The position numbers were made by a program, and so were the translations under genes. A stretch of DNA of 64,000 nucleotides from NCBI GenBank assembly GCA_951406725.2, contig OX597815.1, positions 145,142,001 to 145,206,000 on the forward strand, read 5' to 3'. The stretch comes from Octopus vulgaris (Eukaryota). Below the pieces are notes generated by a model. It made no database searches and was not told the origin of the DNA. It saw only the letters and a list, made by a program, of their open reading frames with translations. Below are positions 55,046-64,000 of the stretch, piece after piece. Numbering within the stretch: position 1 is the first letter of the stretch; each line of letters starts with the position of its first letter.

Positions 55046-55379
55046 CTTGAAAGAGAGGGAGAGAAAGAGGAGAGAGAGAAAGAGAGGAGAGAGAGAGAGA
55101 GGAGAGAGAGAAAGAGGAGAGAGAGAGAATGAAGGCGGGCGAAAGCAGTGAATGAGGAGCGAAAAAGCAGAAGAATAAGCAGAAAGAGAGAAAAGGAAGA
55201 AAGAAGACGACGTCAATGATGAAGACGAAAACGAAAAAAGGAAAAGGTGAAGAAGAAGAGGGAGAAGTAGAAGATAAAGAAGAAGCAGAAGAAGGGGGGA
55301 AATGTAGAAAATAAAGTGGAAGAAGAAGAAGAAGAAGAAGAAGAAGAAGAAGAAGAAGAAGAAGAAGAAGAAGAAGAAG

Positions 55380-55410
<31 letters not shown>

Positions 55411-56184
55411 GGAAGAAAGTTATTTTTTTTTTCATTTTAAAAGTTCCCATGGCTCTATATCGGTGTGTGTTGGAGTTTTTTAGTTATTAAAATAATTATT
55501 TGTCACCAAATTTGCACAGAACAGCATTTTGACATATGTTTCCAATTGGGATATATTAAATATGATAAGCTATTGGGATTAGCAATTAATTAATGCGAAA
55601 ATGTTGGCCATTGGTATGACTCCAGTTTAATCGTCTCGAATGAGCAACCTGTAAATCTGTGCTTTCTTATTGCTGCTGCTGCTTCTGCTTCTGCTCAAGG
55701 TCGTGTACTGTTGGAAGATTTAGTAAATTTACAAACATTTTTCTAAAACGAGGGAACCTCTACGTCAGTAGTTCGCAACCATTTTTTTTTACCTACGGAT
55801 CAGGACCGTCGCTAAGCTCCTGCAACCCCTGCAGTCGTAGGGGGGCTCCGCAGTTGAGGGGCCCCATGTTAAGATCAAAGTACGTAGATGAGTCATCTAT
55901 TTACTTCGGTTAAGATGTTGAACAAGAATTAAACTATGTTAACTGAAAATTTCATGAAATATAATGGTAATACATTGTACTTCCAAAAATTCTTATAAAA
56001 ATATTACATTGTACCACGAACGTGTACCAGACTTTGTGGATTGTCTATAATATCTATTGAACATGAACTTAGCTCTCAGCTTGATTATTCTGAACCGATC
56101 AATGATTTTGCGAAGCAAAATGTGCGCTGTGTTTGTCTTTGAAAGTTGCCTGGATTATAAAAGTGCTCTTTTAATACTATTCTT

Positions 56185-56384
56185 TCTTTATTCTTTTATT
56201 TGTTTCAGTCATTTGACTGCAGCCATGCTGGAGCACCGCCTTTAGTCGAACAAATCGACCCCAGGACTTATTCTTTGTAAGTCTTATTCTATTGGGTTCT
56301 TTTGCCGAGCCGCTAAGTGTCGGAGACGTAAACACACCGGCATCGGTTGTCAAGCGAAGTTGGGGGAACACAGACACAGACACA

Positions 56385-56462
<78 letters not shown>

Positions 56463-56625
56463 CAGCAGACTTCTTTCAGTTCCTATCTACCAAATCCACT
56501 CACAAGGCTTTGGTCGGCCTGAGACTATAGTAGAAGGCACTAGCCCAAGGTGCCACGCAGTGGGACTGAACCCGGAACCATGTGGTTGGTAAGAAAGCTA
56601 CTTACCACACAGCCACTCCTGCACC
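56185..56625 (-). mobile_element. SINE family A, full length
   Basis: Reverse complement of the consensus. Confidence 0.85.
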
Positions 56626-56946
56626 TATCTGGAAGTTTTACGTACTGAAATTTGTAAGAGACCTAAATAGATTTAACTTGTTATACTTTAAAGATGTTCT
56701 TTAGGATAACGTGAACTATTGAACTTCAGATAGAATAAAGGAAATATAGATATGAATGAAAGGTGCGTAGATTATGAATTTTGATTGAAAGGACGGGACC
56801 CCGAAGCAAAAAGTTGCAGGGGCCTTGTAAAACCCACGCGACGCGCCTACTCTGGGCCCCTTCGATTCCTGTTTTACTTCAGTGGACCCCTATAGCCATT
56901 CGATGTTTAGATAAAATACTTTTTTATTTTTGTAATTAAATATATA

Positions 56947-57150
56947 GGCGAAAGAGTGGCTGTGTGGTAAGTAGCTTGCTTACCAACCACATGGTTCCGG
57001 GTTCAGTCCCACTGCGTGGCAACTTGGGCAAGTGTCTTCTACTATAGCCTCGGGCCGACCAAAACCTCGTGAGTGGATTTGGTAGACAGAAACTGAAAGA
57101 CGCCCGTCGTATATATGTATATATAAATAAATAAATAAATAAATAAATAA

Positions 57151-57213
<63 letters not shown>

Positions 57214-57440
57214 GTGTGTCTATATATATGTTTGTGTGTCTGTGTTTGTCCCCCCAATATCGCTTGACAACCGATACTGGTGAGTTAACGTTCCCGTAAA
57301 CACACCACTGTTTACGGCAAAAAGAGACCGATAGAATAAGTACTAGGCTTACAATGAATATGTCCTGGGGTCGACTTGCTTGACTAAAGGTGGTGCTCTA
57401 GCATGGCCACAGTCAAATGACAGAAAAGAGTAAAAGAGTA
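56947..57440 (+). mobile_element. SINE family A, full length
   Basis: Consensus head, internal microsatellite and tail. Confidence 0.85.
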
Positions 57441-58674
57441 AATGTCTAGATATGCAACTATATGCATGAGAATACATACATAAAACAAAACATACAAATC
57501 TACACATACACATTCATTCTTGCATACCCCGTTGTTGATGTTGAAATCCCAATGAAGGAACCTTGGATCTAGGTTAGAAACCGGTTCTTTCTCTATTGGC
57601 AAGAAATCTTGAAATAAATGATATACATACAATGCATCGCTCAGTCTCGGAATCGAAACTACAATTTTACAATCATGCGTTCAACACACTCCACAAACAC
57701 TGTCCAGCATATTTTCGGCCACTAAAAAATGTTTTCTCAGCGAGTGCTATTATAAACCTAAACAAGTGAATGGGTGAAAAACAAAATAGGGATTTTGAAA
57801 GAAGTATCTATAAAACTAGTTCTTAAACATGTCACTGGTGCCAAGCTGTATCGGCCTTTGCCTTTCCCTTGGATAACACCAGTGGCGTGGAGACGGGAGG
57901 CTGGTATGCATGGGTGACTATTAGTCTTCCATAAACAACCTAGCCCGGACTTGTTCCTGGGAGGGTAACTTTCTAGGTGCAATTCCATGATCGTTCATGA
58001 CCGAAGGGGGTTCTCAACTCTAGGCACAAGGCCAGAAATTGTTGGGTAAGGGGCCAGTCGATTAGATCGACCTCACTACACAACTGGCACTTAATTTATC
58101 GACCCCCAAAAAGATGAAAGGTAAAGTTCACCAGAATAAAATTGTAATAGGGGTCCATATGTAAAAAAAAAGGAAACGTAAGCACCAAAAAATCGGGAAG
58201 CACTGCTTTAGACTAACAGCTTATATATTACTCAAAGACGATTACATCTGCCAAGATGCAGTTAAATCTACAATATTTACCACATTCTAATAAATTCTAT
58301 ACATTAAAGTGAAGAGACAATTGATGACCTACTCCACAACTACTCAACGTTCTAATTAAATCAGTATGTCCACAAAGTAGTTGTGTATTAAACCGCCTGA
58401 ATTCACTGAATGTACCAGAAACATTCAAGAGTTATACTTCACTGTTAACATTTTAAAATATTCAGGCCGTTCAGAAAATTGTCAGGCACTTCATAGTTAG
58501 CAGTTCAAAGAGACGACTCTTTTGTTCTTACCCGTCATGACTGATGGCTACAGGGCCTCAAAATACATGAAATAACAATAAACATTTCATTAGAATGTGA
58601 AGAATTTCTTTAAGCTAACCATAGTTTTTTATGATGTTAAGCTTTTATTATTTTCTGTGGAAAATGTTTCTTTG

Positions 58675-58714
<40 letters not shown>

Positions 58715-58728
58715 CCATCACCACCACC

Positions 58729-58760
<32 letters not shown>

Positions 58761-59732
58761 CAACGACGACGACGACGACAGACAGACACAACAACAACAA
58801 CAACAACAATAATAATAATAATAATAAGAAGAAGAAGAACAACAACAACAGCAACAACAACAACGACGACGACGATGACGACGGCAATAACAATAGCAAA
58901 AGCATTGTTATTTGCTTGGTTTGAAAGAAGGAGCAGTTTCCACATCTTTTTGTAGATCGTCTTAGGCTTGAGACTGGACTGATTGACGCCATTAATGTTC
59001 TGGTGAAAATATAAGTCGATAGTTGTATGGAATGGTCGTTTGGTCGCAGCTGTTTTGGCATCGATTATTTGGCGTCGCTGATTTGACGCTGACTCTTTTG
59101 ACATCAGACATTTTAATGTTGCTCCCCACTCTCTTTCTCCCTGTTTATGAGGCATGGCTGTGTAGTAAGAAGTTTTCTTCCCAACCACATGATTCCAGGT
59201 GTGGTCCCACTGCATGACATCTCGGGCAAATGTTTTCTACCACAGCCTCGGACCAACCAAAGCCTTGTGAGTGGATTTAGTATACGAAAACTTAAAGAAG
59301 CCAGTGTGTGTGTATATATATATATATATACACGACTGGCTTCTTTAAGTTTCCGTATACAAATTCACAAAAAAAAATTCTGTCACAATGTATCCATATG
59401 TTGTGAACCTGCATTGGGCAGGGGGCATATGGCCCGTTGTCCTAACCTTGGATGAACCTTGAAGCTAATGTTCAGGTCGTTTCGGCAATGCGGGCGGTAT
59501 ATTCTCTACATCGCGTAGTTGATGTACTGCTCGTGGCAGCGCTGGAGAAAGTAGAGTTTGAAGGCTTTAAGGTGGTCCCATTAATCAAGATCAGTCATGC
59601 CCTTAATTCTTTTAGTGAATGCCCTCTGGGGTAATTCAATTTTTAAGATGTTTTGCTTTGTATTGGGAGACCACAGGGGGCAGCAGTATTCGAGGTGTGG
59701 CCGTATTTGATCCTTTCTGTGAATTCTCCCTA

Positions 59733-59918
<186 letters not shown>

Positions 59919-60466
59919 GAAGTGAGGTACTCAGAAATCTGGATGGTTTTATATTTGCAGATATTTATTAATATGTCACATGTTTTTATAAATCATATAT
60001 TGGCGCTTGTGTCCTTTTGCCGAACCGCTAAGTTACGGGGACGTAAACTCACCAACATCGGTTGTCAAGCGATGATTGGGGGACAAACGCACACACGTAT
60101 ATGTATATAAATGTATGTATTTATATATATACATATATTTATGCATGTACATATCTATCTATCTATATATATATCTATCTATCTGTCTATCTGTCTATCT
60201 GTATATACATATATACATGTATATATGTATGTGTATGTATATGTATATGTATGTATGTATGCGCGCGTGTGTATGTGCGCGTGGGGTTACGTATCCCTTT
60301 GTGGTATCAGATGCTGAAATGGAGATAACCACTCCAAAATGAATGAATCCATCAGCCCGGTCAGAGGGTGCTGCGAACTGACTTGGTGTATTTACACACA
60401 TTTATCTACAGCATGAAACTATTTCTTCATGAGAAAATACACCGAACGGCTTTGAACGGGTAGCAA

Positions 60467-60544
<78 letters not shown>

Positions 60545-60554
60545 GTATATATAT

Positions 60555-60760
60555 GTATAATAAAAAAAAAACGGAAAAAAATTACAGGGAAAAAAACAAC
60601 AACGCGATGACGTGGTACAGGCATAGTATTAATAAGATGCTCAGAGAAGGAAAGAATGAGTGGTTGTTTTATATTTCGAGCAAAGTTCTTCTTCGGAAAC
60701 AGGAGACAGGAAAGTCCAAAAGAAAAGGAAGGAGGAGGAAGAAAATCGCCAGACGTGTCT
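60555..60760 (-). mobile_element. Short PLE-type fragment with a variant hammerhead motif (60666-60700)
   Basis: Minus strand: gttt CCGAAGA a gaac ttt gctc GAAA UA UA aaac. Homologous to 39728-39935. Confidence 0.5.
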
Positions 60761-60834
60761 CTCTTCTCTCATGCATTGGCTGATATCTACTACGCAGCTT
60801 CCCATTGTGTATCTTACTCATCACGTTAATGATA

Positions 60835-61075
<241 letters not shown>

Positions 61076-61220
61076 CTAATATTAGCAAAAGAATGACGCT
61101 CTGAAGTCTTTGGTATTTAGGAAAGAAGAAACTTGACCGAATAATGTAGGGCAAAAAAAACAAACAAACAACAAAAAACAAACTTTAGATGAAAGCACAT
61201 AAGTGCTTACTTGTCAAAAG

Positions 61221-61254
<34 letters not shown>

Positions 61255-62427
61255 AAACATATATACATGCATATACATAGCCATACACATAGGCTGTTCC
61301 CTATATTAAGTGGTAGTTAAATTTATATACGAAGAAAGTTTCAAATTATCGCATACTCGCTAAGAATATATATATATTTGCATTACTAAGCGACGGTTTT
61401 AGTAAAATACTATTAATAAAAGAGTGGCTTTCACTTAACATTTGACACGAAGCATTTTTCAATCTAAGCTTCCGCTTATAAAATATGTATTTACAAGATA
61501 TATACACACAGGCGTTTGATTAGTGCGCGGGTGGTCCAAAGTCTTAAAACCCTTCACAGTTGGTGATTAATTTCACTCAGAATGTATAACACGATCCGAA
61601 GCGATCGAAAATTACTTTTTCCCAAAGTACTACGTGGTGGAATCGAACCCGGAACGCCATGGTTGCGTAGCAAGCGTCTTTACAATTTCTCCATGCTACG
61701 CCTTCTATATACTACGCCAGTAACGTAATAAAACATATACTGTCTATGGCGGTTATATCACTTCATTTACGTGACAAATGATCTGTAGAAAGACTTGGAA
61801 GTCCACAGCTACACATAATTCTCCTCGCAAAAAAAAAAAAATTGTATAGCATAATATATGGAACTCATTGAAATATATTATGGTACTCATTGAAAAGAAC
61901 CCAATATCTTGAATATTGATGATGTTTATATTAATACAGTTAGCAGGAATATTTATCGTCTGCATTCAGTGATATCCTTTTGACCTATTACGGCTATATC
62001 ACTATATTATTATATTTTCAACACCCTTAGCAACCAGTATACAAATTGAATTTCTGAAACGACTTTATTGCCAACGAATACGTCAGAGACAGAAAAATGT
62101 TTTATGGTAATTCTTATCGACTGTGGTGAAATATATTGGGCTCACGAACTCAAGGTCTTGGCTTCGATTCCTGGACGATGTGGTGCATTGTGTCTTCTAG
62201 TTTCAGTTCATGTTGTTTTGGTTTATTCAATCGTAAATGAAAACCGGTAGATTTCTCGTTCATCTCTTTCTCTCTCACACACGACTGATGTTCCGCAGAA
62301 GAGCCACGAAAGTGTCTTTGTCTGTTACCTTATGAGTATCTGAAGCAATATGTAAAAGTGCATATAAACTACTAGGTCTTATCAGTTGTTGACAGTATTT
62401 CGTTATGCAGCTATAATATACAATTAT

Positions 62428-62812
62428 AGGCGCAAGAGTGGCTGTGTGGTAAGTAGCTTGGTTACCAATCCCATGGTTCTGGTTTCAGTTCCACTGCATG
62501 GCAACTTGAGCAAGTGTGGACTTTGGTAGACGGAAACTGAAAGAAGCTCGTCGTATATATATGTGTGTGTGTGTGTGTGTGTGCGTGTGTGTGCTTGTGT
62601 GTTTGTGTGTCTGTGTTTGTCCCCCCACCATCGCTTGACAACCGATGCTGGTGTGTTTACGCCTTCGTAACTTAGTGGTTCGGCAAAAAAGACCGATAGA
62701 ATAAGTACAAGTCTAACAAAGAATAATACCTAGGATCGATTTGTTCGACTAAAGGCGGTGCTTCAGCATGGCCGCAGTCAAGTGACTGAAACAAGTAAAA
62801 GAATAAAAGAAT
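62428..62812 (+). mobile_element. SINE family A with an internal deletion
   Basis: Consensus head and tail; the segment after gagcaagtgt is missing. Confidence 0.85.
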
Positions 62813-64000
62813 CCCAAATATATTAAAGGTTTATAAGTTAATACTGAATCCTATCTGTGTTAGCAGTGCAATTCAATTATTTTTTAAAAACTATCTCTAC
62901 ACACAACATTAAAAAGCTACTAGGTCATGTTCACTTGCGAGTGACGACCAAGCAAATTATCAACAGGAATAGAATTTTAGAGTGCTGTTCCTTATCCTTG
63001 GTAACTAGGCCACAATTGTACTAATTTACGAAGTGAAATATACCCGTGCGGTTAAGGGAGCTTGCTTCGCAGCCTTGTGGTTTCAGGTTCAGTCCTACCT
63101 CGTAGCACTTTGGGCAAGTGTCTTCTACTCTAGCTACACAAGGCATTGGTCAGCCTTAAGGCGACCAATTACTTGTGAGTGAATTGGTAGGAAGAAACTG
63201 CATGGAAGCCCGTCGAATGTATGTGTGTGGGTGTGTATGTGCGTCTTTGTACTATCCCACCGCTTAACAACGCCGTCGGTTGGCTTACGCCCCCGTAACT
63301 TAGCGGCTCAGCAAACATTCCGATATAAAATGTTGTAGACTCACAAAATAAGTACTGGGTTCGTTTAGTTCAACTGAAAGCACCGAAGGCGGTGCCTCAA
63401 CATGGCCTAATTCGCCAAAAGGGGAAATAATACTGTCGTTTATGGCAGAGTGATTTTGTCATTTCTAAAGCGTTTCCGCTTTCCTTACTGTTTATATTAT
63501 CTCTTATAATTCTACGCGAAAGCTAACACCGTTGGGACCACCCTTGAGAAAACATAAAATCAAAAATCTAAGCCCTAAATTTCTGCAGCGAAGTGAACTG
63601 AGTGTAAGAAACCTTATGTTTTGTTACATATTTCAGTGACTACATCAGCATCGACCAGACCATGTAATTCTAAGTAGATAAATCTAGACCGCGTTAAGGT
63701 TTCACATTAGACCTTGAAAGTCCTACCATCCAATCGCGTTATAGAAGTTTATTCTAAATCTACTTGGGTGAAACTATGCGACATAAACATGATAATGGTA
63801 GCAGTAAGGGGCCTCCGGTATTCGACGACGAGGATTCACTAGTTTGATCTGCTCTTGAAATAGCGTATAAGTGGCTGACTATCACACAGGCACGTGTACT
63901 CTTAACGAAATTCTCAGGCAGAATCATCGCGAGACGCTGCATGTGAGCTTCTGTAGAGTTTCCATCAACCCTATTTCACTTACATCATATTGGTTGACTC

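Larger units (their letters stand above)
55766..58205. mobile_element. hAT-like MITE with nested insertions
   Basis: Ends cagtagttcgcaacc / tcgggaagcactg. It contains an inner TIR-like element (about 55801-56848), SINE A copies, a Dong 3' fragment and SINE B/C fragments. Confidence 0.45.

Overview
AT-rich, microsatellite-saturated eukaryotic genomic DNA. The SINE families look like those of an octopod cephalopod (Octopus); this is inferred from the repeats, not confirmed by a search. Almost all ORFs in the track are translations of simple repeats. One spliced protein-coding gene can be assembled on the minus strand from five phase-compatible GT-AG exons (52622-52396, 33890-33535, 29779-29601, 17015-16625, 9188-8962; 1380 nt, 459 aa). 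The product has two predicted TM segments flanking a coiled coil, plus a C-terminal alpha/beta (TIR/flavodoxin-like) domain. The rest is introns and flanks filled with tRNA-derived SINEs, decayed mariner/maT, R4/Dong, RTE-like, CR1/L2-like and Penelope-like (PLE) remnants. The most striking non-coding signal is a high density of type I hammerhead ribozyme (HHR) motifs: five have a canonical CUGANGA...GAAA...UH core and several more are variants. They are carried by small ORF-less elements. These include a 499-bp tandem/inverted retrozyme-like unit and a fold-back element with about 135-bp arms and an HHR in its central loop, in sense orientation in intron 1 of the gene.
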